In this document: positions 25,223-34,318 of the stretch, one piece after another | Numbering within the stretch: the stretch's first letter is position 1 | How the letters are laid out: each line of letters opens with the position of its first letter | DNA from: Nitrospira sp. | GTDB lineage: Bacteria > Nitrospirota > Nitrospiria > Nitrospirales > Nitrospiraceae | Assembly (NCBI GenBank): GCA_018242765.1 | Contig: JAFEBH010000025.1 | Location: forward strand, 140,858-204,857 | Reading direction: 5' to 3' | Length of the DNA: 64,000 bases | Notes under the pieces: model-generated | What the model was told of the DNA's origin: nothing | Database searches by the model: none | The model's input: only the letters and a program-made list of their open reading frames with translations | Program-made: the position numbers and the translations under genes

Positions 25223-26490
25223 TGTACGGTGACCTTCTTCGTCGTATCGAATTCCGGCGGCGTCTTGCTCCAATCGACCAGAAGGCTATCCACTCCATCC
25301 ACCCGTAGTCGGACGAAATAGATCCCAGGCACGATGTTCTTCAGGCGAAACTTCAAGGTATCCGTCTGTGCTGGGCGTGTTTCCGGATGCAGCTCTCGAT
25401 CGCCCAACAGGAGCGCCACACGCTGGGTCGCCTGTACCCTGGGACTCACTTGAACGGTTAATATCGCATCTCGCCTGACTGGCTTCGGAGTAACGTTCTC
25501 AATTTTTGGCGCAATAGACAGACTGAGGGCATTGGTCATCCGCTCATTCCCCGCTGCCGCCGGATCGATCGGTGTGATGTGGGCGGCCACGGTATAGAAC
25601 CCTGCCGGCAACTCGGTCGGCTTGTTCGGAACGGTCACCTTCAGCTCCTTGTCCGTTCCGTTCTTGGCCGGAATCTCCACAGTCTTCTTGAGCAACGGAT
25701 GCATCAGGTGCACTACCACCGAACTTTCACCCAAATGATGCCCCTTGATCAGGAGCTCATCTCCCAACAGTGCAGTGGGCTGTTGTTTCGGCAGTTCTGT
25801 CATATCGATCAATTTCTTACTCGGCTCTCGTGTCGGAACCGTAATCTCCGTCAGCGTTGGGAACGGCGTCGTCAAATCCGGCTGGACCACGACTCCCCGA
25901 TCATTTTTTCCGCGCAGCAACACCGGTAAGGGCGTCCTCGTCAGTCGTGTACTCTCGATCAGCACCACGGAGACTTGGTAGGCTGCCGATAGGCGGTAAT
26001 GGATCTGAAAGGTCGTCCAAAGCTTCGACATTTCTTCAAACAGCAGCGGCTGAAGGGTAATGCGAACACGCTCGACCTGGTCTGCCAGATCGCTGGCGGC
26101 CAAATCGCGGTCGGCCCGCACGGCATCTCTGATTTCGTCCGTCCCTAAGAGCGGATGGTCATGTAAAATGCGCATGGCCTCGCCGAGCAGGGCGTGACTT
26201 CTCGTCTCATCACGTTCATCGCCGCTGTACGCCGTCAGCAAGTAGTACAGTGTGAGCGGCAACGGGGGCTGGCCGGTTTCACCGGATTTCACTCGGCCCG
26301 GCATTTCCATATTGCGAAAGGCCGCATCCGGTAACGCCTGATAGAGAAAGAGATTGATCCGTTGTTTGTCGGCATTAATCCCTTCCGGCGCTTTGTCTAA
26401 TGGCCTGACCGTCACGTGTTCCACTCCACCTTTTTCCAGCAGTCGACGCAATGTCGCGGTCACCGAGGCAATCGCCAGTGAATTGCTCAT
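25219..26490 (-). CDS. DUF4255 (Pvc16/Afp16-like) tail terminator/cap with a long C-terminal extension
   Basis: 423 aa. The N-terminus MSNSLAIASVTATLRRLLEKG...INLFLYQALPDAAFRN is the DUF4255 signature. The C-terminal ~220 aa look like two beta-sandwich repeats. Confidence 0.8.
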   Translation of the reverse strand: MSNSLAIASVTATLRRLLEKGGVEHVTVRPLDKAPEGINADKQRINLFLYQALPDAAFRNMEMPGRVKSGETGQPPLPLTLYYLLTAYSGDERDETRSHALLGEAMRILHDHPLLGTDEIRDAVRADRDLAASDLADQVERVRITLQPLLFEEMSKLWTTFQIHYRLSAAYQVSVVLIESTRLTRTPLPVLLRGKNDRGVVVQPDLTTPFPTLTEITVPTREPSKKLIDMTELPKQQPTALLGDELLIKGHHLGESSVVVHLMHPLLKKTVEIPAKNGTDKELKVTVPNKPTELPAGFYTVAAHITPIDPAAAGNERMTNALSLSIAPKIENVTPKPVRRDAILTVQVSPRVQATQRVALLLGDRELHPETRPAQTDTLKFRLKNIVPGIYFVRLRVDGVDSLLVDWSKTPPEFDTTKKVTVQ

Positions 26491-27779
26491 CCGCCACTCC
26501 GCCCACCACGGCGTTTGAGATAATCGTCAAGACTCATGGCCAATGATGGCTTGGGGTTCTTCTGGTGGCGGACCGGAGGAGGCACCGCACGAACCTCCAC
26601 CCGACCGATAGTCACCTGCACAACCGGTTCTAACGGCTTTCCTCTGCTTGCCGCTGATGCCTGACTGATCGTCGCTGCCGTCATGGGTGAATCTGCTCGA
26701 CGCACTGCGACAAAGTTATTCGAGGTCCTAGGCAACGTACGAGGGGTGGCTATCGGTTCTTGTTGGTCCAATGCTGAGGACGATGTCCCTGAAAAATCTC
26801 CTGGCTGACGCGACATGAGATACTGCGATGGAGCAGCACCCTTCGTTGTCCGTACCGAAGCGACAAGAGAAGGATCAAGAGACAAGTCACCGGCATTGTG
26901 TCCAGCAGCAGCTTGCTTGCGTACCTCGGCGAGAGTCCCTTCTGATTCACTCACGGTTGTCGGAAATCGATGGTGCTGCTCGCCATCACTCCGCGCTGTT
27001 GTTGCTCTGGCAAGAGGTTGCTGGGACGACGATGCACTGACTCGTCCCCCACGCGTATTGATAGGGCTGTTCGGCTCCTGGTCATGGGCTTGTGTTGTTG
27101 GAACAAACGAACGGTTGTCCGGAGATTCACTTGAAGACTCATCCATCAATAGAGAGCTTCCGCCTTGCCCGGCACTCTTTGTCTGCGCACTCGGTATCCG
27201 TAACGGTGACCTTGCGGATTGTGCTGCAACCCTTGGCCATAAGGCTGGCATCTCCTGAGGTGGCATCATCCGCATGCTGGAAGTTGAATCAGACACAACG
27301 CTCGGATCAATCGACGAGAGGCTGATTGTATTGGCCTCTGATGGATTTCTTACTGAGGTCCCGTGAGGCTCAAAATGTCTTGAGTTCGGCGCTCCTACGG
27401 TTGATACGCTGTTCATCGCCAGGTCTACTTCCTTCAGCTCTGACAGAAGCGCTGTTTCAGAAGAAGCAAGCAGTCGCTCACCCTCGGCGATAGGTACGGC
27501 GGCCTGTTCCCGATGCTGAGTTTCTCTTTCAAGATGGGATCCACCGTCTCCTCGGTTCTGCCCTGACGTCTCCGAAGATTGGTGCATGGTCGGATCATGT
27601 CTTGGAACCGCCTGATTGACCTCAATTGCCCGATGCGGTTCTTCCCCAGGATCCCCCCCTCTCACCTCTTCGCCTCTGGAGTTCGGCGATACTGGGTCAA
27701 ACATCGAGGGCAGGCGCGGCTGAATTGTCCGTTCAGGATGCCTTGTACGAATGAGAAGGTTCGTCAGATAATCGCTCAT
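26487..27779 (-). CDS. Low-complexity Ser/Pro-rich protein with conserved termini; putative tail-length determinant (Afp14 position)
   Basis: The likely start is the ATG at 27779 (ATGA overlap). The N-terminus is MSDYLTNLLIRTRHPERTIQPRLPSMFDP. The centre is long and disordered. The C-terminus is VVQVTIGRVEVRAVPPP...SLDDYLKRRGG. Confidence 0.55.
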   Translation of the reverse strand: MSDYLTNLLIRTRHPERTIQPRLPSMFDPVSPNSRGEEVRGGDPGEEPHRAIEVNQAVPRHDPTMHQSSETSGQNRGDGGSHLERETQHREQAAVPIAEGERLLASSETALLSELKEVDLAMNSVSTVGAPNSRHFEPHGTSVRNPSEANTISLSSIDPSVVSDSTSSMRMMPPQEMPALWPRVAAQSARSPLRIPSAQTKSAGQGGSSLLMDESSSESPDNRSFVPTTQAHDQEPNSPINTRGGRVSASSSQQPLARATTARSDGEQHHRFPTTVSESEGTLAEVRKQAAAGHNAGDLSLDPSLVASVRTTKGAAPSQYLMSRQPGDFSGTSSSALDQQEPIATPRTLPRTSNNFVAVRRADSPMTAATISQASAASRGKPLEPVVQVTIGRVEVRAVPPPVRHQKNPKPSLAMSLDDYLKRRGGRSGG

Positions 27780-28504
27780 CCCTGCACCATGTCCAGATAG
27801 CACTGGCGCCGCCAGGCACTCATCCTGAGGATGTCACCCTCGGCCCACCCGTACGCCGAGGCCAGAAGATGAACCTCACCCAACAACCGCTTTGCCCAGG
27901 CACCGATCTCACGCCACACAAACGATGCAATGTCGAAGAGCGCCTGCCATTGATATCCGCATGCGGCACAAGTCACCGCAAGCTCCACATCACCTTGAGG
28001 ATCGGCTTCTGCCATCCGTTCAATCACCGGTTCTGCAAGCGAACTCGGGAATGCCGTTGTCGTCTCGCCGCGATGCATGACTCGAATCAGACACCGTTCC
28101 AGTAAGAGCTGTTTGGCTGCACCTGGTTCGGGCTTGTGCACGACCATCATCAAGTCCTCACTCGTCGGCAGTCGGAACGTCACCTGGTAGTCGTCGACGT
28201 CACAGACAAACTCTTCTTGCGTCTCACTCTTCAGCGGCACTCGAATCTGATCGACCTCAAACACGAGATCAAGACTATCCCGGCATTGAGGACACACCAC
28301 CACTGTCTGCACGCATGATCCAAACAACTGTTCCCGCAACGCGAGTAAGAGTGCGTCACGACGGCCGATCGGCAGGCGGGCCAGTTCACCGACCGCCGTC
28401 TTCGGAAGCGCCTCAGCCAACAGACTCAGTGCTTGATTGACTGAGGACTGCCCCACACCACGTTCCCACACTCTCAACAGAGCACTCGCGGTGAGTACGT
28501 GCAT
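27776..28504 (-). CDS. Conserved eCIS protein with a CxxC...CxxC zinc ribbon; possible assembly chaperone
   Basis: 242 aa. CPQC and CAAC are spaced about 115 aa apart. It sits immediately downstream of the tube gene. Confidence 0.6.
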   Translation of the reverse strand: MHVLTASALLRVWERGVGQSSVNQALSLLAEALPKTAVGELARLPIGRRDALLLALREQLFGSCVQTVVVCPQCRDSLDLVFEVDQIRVPLKSETQEEFVCDVDDYQVTFRLPTSEDLMMVVHKPEPGAAKQLLLERCLIRVMHRGETTTAFPSSLAEPVIERMAEADPQGDVELAVTCAACGYQWQALFDIASFVWREIGAWAKRLLGEVHLLASAYGWAEGDILRMSAWRRQCYLDMVQG

Positions 28505-28510
28505 CGGCTG

Positions 28511-29038
28511 TTATGCTGCCGGTTCAGTAAAAGTCGGTTCCGTCGGCTCGGCTACCTCGTAATCTCGTTCCCAACCTTCGTTCTCCAGCTTGATGGTCTG
28601 GATAGCTACGGCATTGGCATTGGCATCGAGATCAGGTTGAGCCTGGAACTCCGAGACCCAGCAGCGATAGACCTTGTACGCAATCGCCAGTTGACCTGCC
28701 TCGTTGTACATCTCGATAATAATGTCCTTTCGGAAGTCCTTGAGCGAGACCTCCGCTCCCAATCCAGACCCGAAATTCCACACTTTGTTCGCCCATTTTT
28801 CGAACTCGGTATCGTGAGTCACCCCGCGCTCCAGCGTGATCGCTTCATACTTCGTACGGCCGGGGGACTTTCTTCCGGTCGATGGATCTCCACCTTCTCG
28901 GTGTTCCACGACTTCGGTGCTCCGCTTCAGCGACCCCACCTTGCTGATCCCGGCCACGTACTTCCCATCCCATTTCACTCGAAACTTAAAGTTCTTGTAG
29001 GGATCGAACCGCTGTGCATTCACGCTAAACTGCGCCAT
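28511..29038 (-). CDS. Major tail tube protein (Afp1 / T4 gp19-like)
   Basis: 175 aa. FKFRVKWDGKYVAGISKVGSLKRSTEVVEHREGGDPSTGRKSPGRTKYEAITLERGVTHD is the conserved phage tail tube region signature. Confidence 0.92.
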   Translation of the reverse strand: MAQFSVNAQRFDPYKNFKFRVKWDGKYVAGISKVGSLKRSTEVVEHREGGDPSTGRKSPGRTKYEAITLERGVTHDTEFEKWANKVWNFGSGLGAEVSLKDFRKDIIIEMYNEAGQLAIAYKVYRCWVSEFQAQPDLDANANAVAIQTIKLENEGWERDYEVAEPTEPTFTEPAA

Positions 29039-29062
29039 ACTTATCCCTCCTCACATCAATCG

Positions 29063-30838
29063 CTAGACTTCGATTTGTCCCGCCATCTGTTGCAACTTAA
29101 TAATGACAAACTCCGCCGGTTTGAGCGGTGCAAAGCCGACCACGATGTTCACAATACCGAGGTTGATATCGTTCTGCGTCGTGGTCTCCTTGTCGCATTT
29201 GACGAAATAGGCCTCACGCGGTGTCGTGCCTTGAAAGGCTCCCTGTCGAAACAAATTGTGCATAAAGGCCCCGATGTTTAGTCTGATCTGTGCCCACAGG
29301 GGCTCATCGTTCGGCTCAAAGACGACCCACTGCGTGCCTCGATAGAGACTCTCTTCAATAAAGAGCGCCGTGCGGCGGACGGGAACATACTTCCACTCAT
29401 CGGCGAGTTGATCGGCGCCACGCAGCGTGCGCGCCCCCCAAATCACTCGACCATTGATCGGGAATATGCGCAAACAATTGATCCCCAGCGGATTCAGCAT
29501 GCCGTTCTCATTATCATTAAGGGAAACGTTCAGACCCTGAATGCCGTTGATGGCTGCATCAAGTCCGGCAGGCGCTTTCCATACACCGCGTGCAGTATCA
29601 GTGCGTGCCATGACCCCGGCAATAATTCCGCACGGAACAAAGGTATCAATTTGCCCATCACGGAGCGGGTCGGCTTCAAGCACCCGTGGAAAGTACAAGG
29701 CAGCATTGCGGGCCATGGTGCCAGACAGTCCGAGCCCTCCCAGGCCCTTCTTGGCCTCAGCTGTCGCTGTATCTTTGTTCTTACTCCAACTTGCTGGAGA
29801 GTCGACAATCAGCATCGCCCGTCGTTCGGTGCAGTACGCCATGGCCACTTGATACACAATGGGAGGTACATCGTCTTCTCGTTTGTCCGGGGGGATACAG
29901 AGAAGGTTAAACAGATCCGCTTTGTCCAGTGCGAACATTCCGGTTTTGAGATCTTTTTTACCCTCATATTCCGCCTGCTTCAGATCACCGCCATCGGACC
30001 CCTTCATGTCTTCTTCAGCTTTTTTCAGTTCAGTTTCAGCCTTGGTAATGTCACCTGGTACCTGCGGCCTGGCATCTTTTGCTGCGATAAGTTTAATTTC
30101 GGCGCTTGTGGCTGCATCCGCCAACTCACTCTTGGCAGTTTCCTTCGCAGACGCTAAGGCCTTTTCTGCCGCATCGATCTTCGCTTGGTCCGGTGGGTTA
30201 GCACTGGTTGCCTTATTCAATTCGTCGTTCAGCTTTTTAAGCTTGTCTGATGTGTCTACCGCCTTCTTGACCTTGGGCAGTTTGTCACCTGTCAATTCCA
30301 CTAGACTTGATTCAGCCTTAAGCACTCTATCGATCCGCCGCGTGGTGTCAGCGACCGTCAGATTCAAGAACTTTTCACTACTATTCCCCAGCCGAACTGT
30401 AAGGTTGAATAGAGCATCGGTGGCGCTGAGCCCTAAACGTGTCCGCATCTCATCGGAGACTTCCACGTCTATCGTTGCCCGCAGCTTCTTACCCCATGTG
30501 CCAGGACTTTTTGCGACGAGAGCCAGATCATCTACTCCCAAGCTCGCCCTAGCATCGTCAGGTGCCTGCGGATCCTTATAGAGTCTGACAATGATCGCTT
30601 GACTACCGCCGTTCAGATAAAAATCTCGAACAGCGTAACTCATGGGATAGTTCACCCCCAACCCGCCAAACTGCCGTTCAAAGTCCCCGAAACTGTTTAT
30701 TGTCACCGGCTCGTTCGCAGGCCCCCAAATAGCCCGGCCCAAGAATGCTGTAATGGAAGTCGCAACTCCCGTAATCGTACGCACTCCGCTCGGGATTTCT
30801 TCGATGTACACTCCTGGATATGTCGGCGATGTCGGCAT
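29063..30838 (-). CDS. Contractile tail sheath protein
   Basis: 591 aa. The N-terminus PTYPGVYIEEIPSGVRTITGVATSITAFLG is the canonical sheath N-terminus. The conserved C-terminal half includes ADLFNLLCIPP...YFPR...WGARTL. GGAGGA RBS. Confidence 0.92.
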   Translation of the reverse strand: MPTSPTYPGVYIEEIPSGVRTITGVATSITAFLGRAIWGPANEPVTINSFGDFERQFGGLGVNYPMSYAVRDFYLNGGSQAIIVRLYKDPQAPDDARASLGVDDLALVAKSPGTWGKKLRATIDVEVSDEMRTRLGLSATDALFNLTVRLGNSSEKFLNLTVADTTRRIDRVLKAESSLVELTGDKLPKVKKAVDTSDKLKKLNDELNKATSANPPDQAKIDAAEKALASAKETAKSELADAATSAEIKLIAAKDARPQVPGDITKAETELKKAEEDMKGSDGGDLKQAEYEGKKDLKTGMFALDKADLFNLLCIPPDKREDDVPPIVYQVAMAYCTERRAMLIVDSPASWSKNKDTATAEAKKGLGGLGLSGTMARNAALYFPRVLEADPLRDGQIDTFVPCGIIAGVMARTDTARGVWKAPAGLDAAINGIQGLNVSLNDNENGMLNPLGINCLRIFPINGRVIWGARTLRGADQLADEWKYVPVRRTALFIEESLYRGTQWVVFEPNDEPLWAQIRLNIGAFMHNLFRQGAFQGTTPREAYFVKCDKETTTQNDINLGIVNIVVGFAPLKPAEFVIIKLQQMAGQIEV

Positions 30839-30907
30839 TGGTGTCCTCCACTCAGCTGTTGGTTCGTTCTAATTCACCTCTGACTTCCCTCTTTCTTGCC
30901 CCGTCAA

Positions 30908-31342
30908 TCAGTGACTGATTCTGCTTGCCTCTCGAAGCCTCTGCACAATGTCTTCTCGACCGATGTTGATAAAGTCTCTCCGGTGCGAAGTGAGCTGGAA
31001 CGTACAGGCCGCCGTCAGGTCTGGTGTCACGCTCATAATGATCAAATCCGGATACGTAGCGAGCAGCTGACTGCAAAGACCAGGCTCATGCTCGCCTTCC
31101 TGAGTGAGGATGACAGCATCGGCATTAGCCCGACCGGTCTCTTGCAATATTTTCATCGGCCCACGACAATCGCCGACCACTTCCATATCGTCCTGTTCGT
31201 CCACGAGCCTTCGAACAGTATCGGGAACCATTGCGGGATGATTCGCAAAAAGCACCCTAATCCTGTCCACTGACGACCTCACATTGCTGAATACACACGG
31301 TAGTGCCACTAGCGCTGAATTCCCATAGATCTGGATGATCAA
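30908..31342 (-). CDS. Stand-alone receiver-like (pseudo-receiver) protein
   Basis: REC-like layout IRVLFANHPAMV...MEVVGDC...ADAVILTQEGE...LIIMSVTPD, but without the acidic pocket or the phospho-acceptor Asp. The start is uncertain: TTG at 31342 or GTG at 31282. Confidence 0.55.
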   Translation of the reverse strand: MIIQIYGNSALVALPCVFSNVRSSVDRIRVLFANHPAMVPDTVRRLVDEQDDMEVVGDCRGPMKILQETGRANADAVILTQEGEHEPGLCSQLLATYPDLIIMSVTPDLTAACTFQLTSHRRDFINIGREDIVQRLREASRISH

Positions 31343-31470
31343 TTTGGATCTACAGCGTGATCAAGACGGATCTAGATCTTCTCGAATCCTTCACGCGCGA
31401 GCGTGTACGCATTTCCCGTTGTTTCCGAAAAATCGATCGTGGCTACTTTGGGGAAGGAAGGGAGGGGTGG

Positions 31471-32151
31471 CTAGACGCTGCCGGCTCTACTTACTCGTTC
31501 TTTCACATGTTTCACAACTAAATAACGATTGGGTACCTGAAGTTTATCGAGAATATTATGAACATGATTCTTGACCGTCGACACTTCGACGTGAAGTCTG
31601 GTCGCGATTTCCTTATTGCTCAACCCATCTTCAATCAGCTGCACAATCTCGGTCTCTCGTCTGGTCAGAGCTATGCCGTTCGACACTCCGACTCTTTCTT
31701 CCTGACGAGCAAGCAATGACATTCGACAGAATGCGAGGTGAGCGATTCTTGGAGAACAGAGGGTCTCTCCTCGTGCGATCACCCGGAGATTGGCTTCCAG
31801 GTCCTTGAGAGACGCGTTCTGTAGCAAATAGCCGGAAGCCCCTCCGGCCTCAATACAATAGAGAATATCGGCTTCTCGATCAGGGACATCGATCACCAGG
31901 ACCTTCACTCCCAGCGGCAACCCATTCACCCAAGGACTGTTCTTTTCACCCTGTTGACGCAATAATGGAAACTCTACAATCAGGACATCAGATCTACATT
32001 CAGCGATATTCCGTTCTGGCTCCCCTAATTGCGCCGCCATGTGCACGACGCAGAAGGAACCGCACTGCGAAAGACAACAACTGAGAGATTCACGAAGAAG
32101 CTGGTTACTATGGACGATGGCGATCCGAACTTCTGAAGTCTGCATGACCAT
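31471..32151 (-). CDS. LuxR/NarL-family transcriptional regulator with an atypical receiver domain
   Basis: The C-terminal HTH is LTRRETEIVQLIEDGLSNKEIATRLHVEVSTVKNHVHNILDKL. The N-terminal REC-like fold reads IAIVHSNQ where DD is expected and DVLIVEFP where the D-L-x-MP acceptor is expected. Confidence 0.8.
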   Translation of the reverse strand: MVMQTSEVRIAIVHSNQLLRESLSCCLSQCGSFCVVHMAAQLGEPERNIAECRSDVLIVEFPLLRQQGEKNSPWVNGLPLGVKVLVIDVPDREADILYCIEAGGASGYLLQNASLKDLEANLRVIARGETLCSPRIAHLAFCRMSLLARQEERVGVSNGIALTRRETEIVQLIEDGLSNKEIATRLHVEVSTVKNHVHNILDKLQVPNRYLVVKHVKERVSRAGSV

Positions 32152-32663
32152 CCAATCGTGAGCATCAACAGAGGTTCCGCAAGACGACCATTCGAATCCT
32201 GTTCTTCAAATAGGGTCCAACGCCAACTTGAACATCGGCTACTTGGATCAAGAGGCTCACGAAGTCTAAACATATGGAATGCAAACATCATTCCATTGAA
32301 ATAATTATCTTGTCTCTCTCACTGATTACTTTTTACGATCCCATACAATCCTCATGCGATTCTAAGCCCTGTACTTTATTGGAGTTTTCATGTTCCATTC
32401 GCATGCTGTCTACGCTCGATTCACATCCAATCTGTCTCAAAGAAATACGCCACGCAAAGGTGTCACGACTGCTGTATCGAAAAAGATTCAGAGCTGGTGA
32501 ATCTAAAAGGATTCAATCCGCTCTTAGCGGAACTGAGAGAGTTTGACGAACGTAAGATGAGGTCGCTTCAGAAGAATACGAAGAGAAACTCGCGCTGGAT
32601 CTACACCTGCATGTTATCGCTCAGCTTACGTAGGAAGGCATTCACTCCGCAAAGGGCCTGTCG

Positions 32664-33875
32664 CTATTGGACACGTTCCACCGTCGCAAATTTTCGTCGC
32701 CCGATTTTCAGGCGATGCTGCTTGCCCTGAACAACCTCGAGCGTGGCATTGGCATCGCCCTGTTTCTGCCCATCGATCTCGACGCCGCCTTGAATGATCA
32801 ACCGGCGCGCTTCGCTCTTGCTGGGAACTAGCCCTGTTTTAGCGACGAGATCAACCAGCCCGATGGCCTTTCCATCTCGCAGGTCCTGCGCAGTCAGCTG
32901 CACGCGCACATCCGGCTCATCGGGAAATTCTTGTTTCTGGAACTTGTGTGAGAACTCCGCTCTGGCCTGTTTCCCTGCTTCAGCTCCGTGGTACTGCGCC
33001 ACAATCAGTTCAGCGAGCGTCTGTTTGGCTTCCATCGGATGCAGTGATCTGGCCTGACCGAGATCTTCCCTCGTGAGCAATTCATAATAGCGATACATCA
33101 ACGTGTCACTGATCGACATCACCTTGCCGAACATCTCGCCTGGCTTGTCTTCCAGCGCGATGTAGTTGCCGACGCTCTTGCTCATCTTCTTCACGCCGTC
33201 AGTGCCTTCGAGCAACGGCATCGTGATGACCACCTGTGATTCTTGACCATAGTCTCGTTGTAACTCGCGCCCGACTAGTAGGTTGAATTTTTGATCCGTC
33301 CCTCCCAACTCTACATCCGCTTTCAACGCGACGGAGTCGTATCCCTGAACAAGTGGATAGAGAAATTCGTGGACACTGATGGGCTTTTGCTCATGATACC
33401 GTTTGTGAAAATCATCCCGTTCCATCATTCTGGCGACTCGATAATGTGCGGCCAACTGGATCAATCCATCGGCCGTCATCGGTCCCATCCAGCGACTATT
33501 GAATTCGATAGTGGTCTTCTCAGGATCGAGAATCTTGAAGATCTGACGCTGGTAGGTCTTGGCATTCTCTTGGACTTGTTCTTTTGTCAGGGCCTTGCGT
33601 GTCTCGGATACGCCGGTCGGATCGCCGATCATGCCTGTGAAATCACCGATCAGGAAAATCACGTTGTGTCCCAGGTCTTGGAAGTGTTTCAGTTTATGGA
33701 TAAGGACCGTATGTCCAAGGTGCAGATCGGGCGCCGTCGGATCGAATCCCGCCTTGATACGTAGGGGCCGCTTCTCCAAGAGCGATCGCTTCAGCTTGGC
33801 CTCGAGCTCGGTCTGCTGAATGACCTCCACCGCACCACGGAGTATCAAGTCGAGTTGTTGGGCTATATCCTTCAT
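32664..33875 (-). CDS. tyrS: Tyrosine--tRNA ligase
   Basis: 403 aa. Contains HLGH (HIGH motif), KMSKS and a C-terminal S4-like domain. Confidence 0.92.
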   Translation of the reverse strand: MKDIAQQLDLILRGAVEVIQQTELEAKLKRSLLEKRPLRIKAGFDPTAPDLHLGHTVLIHKLKHFQDLGHNVIFLIGDFTGMIGDPTGVSETRKALTKEQVQENAKTYQRQIFKILDPEKTTIEFNSRWMGPMTADGLIQLAAHYRVARMMERDDFHKRYHEQKPISVHEFLYPLVQGYDSVALKADVELGGTDQKFNLLVGRELQRDYGQESQVVITMPLLEGTDGVKKMSKSVGNYIALEDKPGEMFGKVMSISDTLMYRYYELLTREDLGQARSLHPMEAKQTLAELIVAQYHGAEAGKQARAEFSHKFQKQEFPDEPDVRVQLTAQDLRDGKAIGLVDLVAKTGLVPSKSEARRLIIQGGVEIDGQKQGDANATLEVVQGKQHRLKIGRRKFATVERVQ

Positions 33876-34318
33876 GACACACGTCGCTCCGTCTCTTGTT
33901 GTGTCTCCCCTGTAGAGACCATCACCAATGGTTTCAGCCGTTCAAATTTCTTGGCCCCGATTCCTTTGACGCCACGAAGATCCTCAACTGTCCGGAACCG
34001 TCCCGCCGACTCTCGAAACACAATCACCCGTTGTGCCAAGACAGCACCAATACCGGGCAAGGCCTCCAATTCATCGGCAGTGGCTCGATTCAGATCCAGC
34101 AATACCGGCGTCTGAAGGTGGGCTACCTTGATCGATGCTTTGGTCGCACCGCCCTGATCCGGCTCATGATGAGTGGGATGGATCACAAACTGCGTGACCT
34201 CCCCTTGCATGGAGACGTGATGCGGTTGGACGGACGGTTGACGCACCCATCCCATCCACAACACAACTCCTATCGTGACGGCCAGCATTCCCAATTTAAG
34301 GAATAGAGACTTGATCAT
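33872..34318 (-). CDS. ComEA-like helix-hairpin-helix DNA-binding protein
   Basis: N-terminal TM followed by [55 protein letters not shown]. Confidence 0.75.
   Translation of the reverse strand: MIKSLFLKLGMLAVTIGVVLWMGWVRQPSVQPHHVSMQGEVTQFVIHPTHHEPDQGGATKASIKVAHLQTPVLLDLNRATADELEALPGIGAVLAQRVIVFRESAGRFRTVEDLRGVKGIGAKKFERLKPLVMVSTGETQQETERRVS

Larger units (their letters stand above)
4917..30838 (-). other. Contractile injection system (eCIS/PLTS-type) operon; individual genes are listed separately
   Basis: 22 co-directional genes with 0-30 nt gaps or ATGA/GTGA/TAATG overlaps, spanning the sheath gene to the terminal membrane protein. Confidence 0.85.

Noticed and set aside
4917-30838. Interpretation of the locus as a type VI secretion system or as a prophage.
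   Set aside because: It has a single long sheath gene rather than TssB/TssC. There are no TssJ/L/M, TssA or ClpV genes. DUF4255 and an Afp15-like ATPase are present. There are no capsid, portal, terminase, integrase or repressor genes anywhere in the 64 kb.
32274-32730. Small plus-strand ORFs (90 aa and 77 aa) in the spacer next to tyrS.
   Set aside because: Their composition is low-complexity and AT-biased. The second overlaps the 3' end of tyrS antisense. No supporting features were found.
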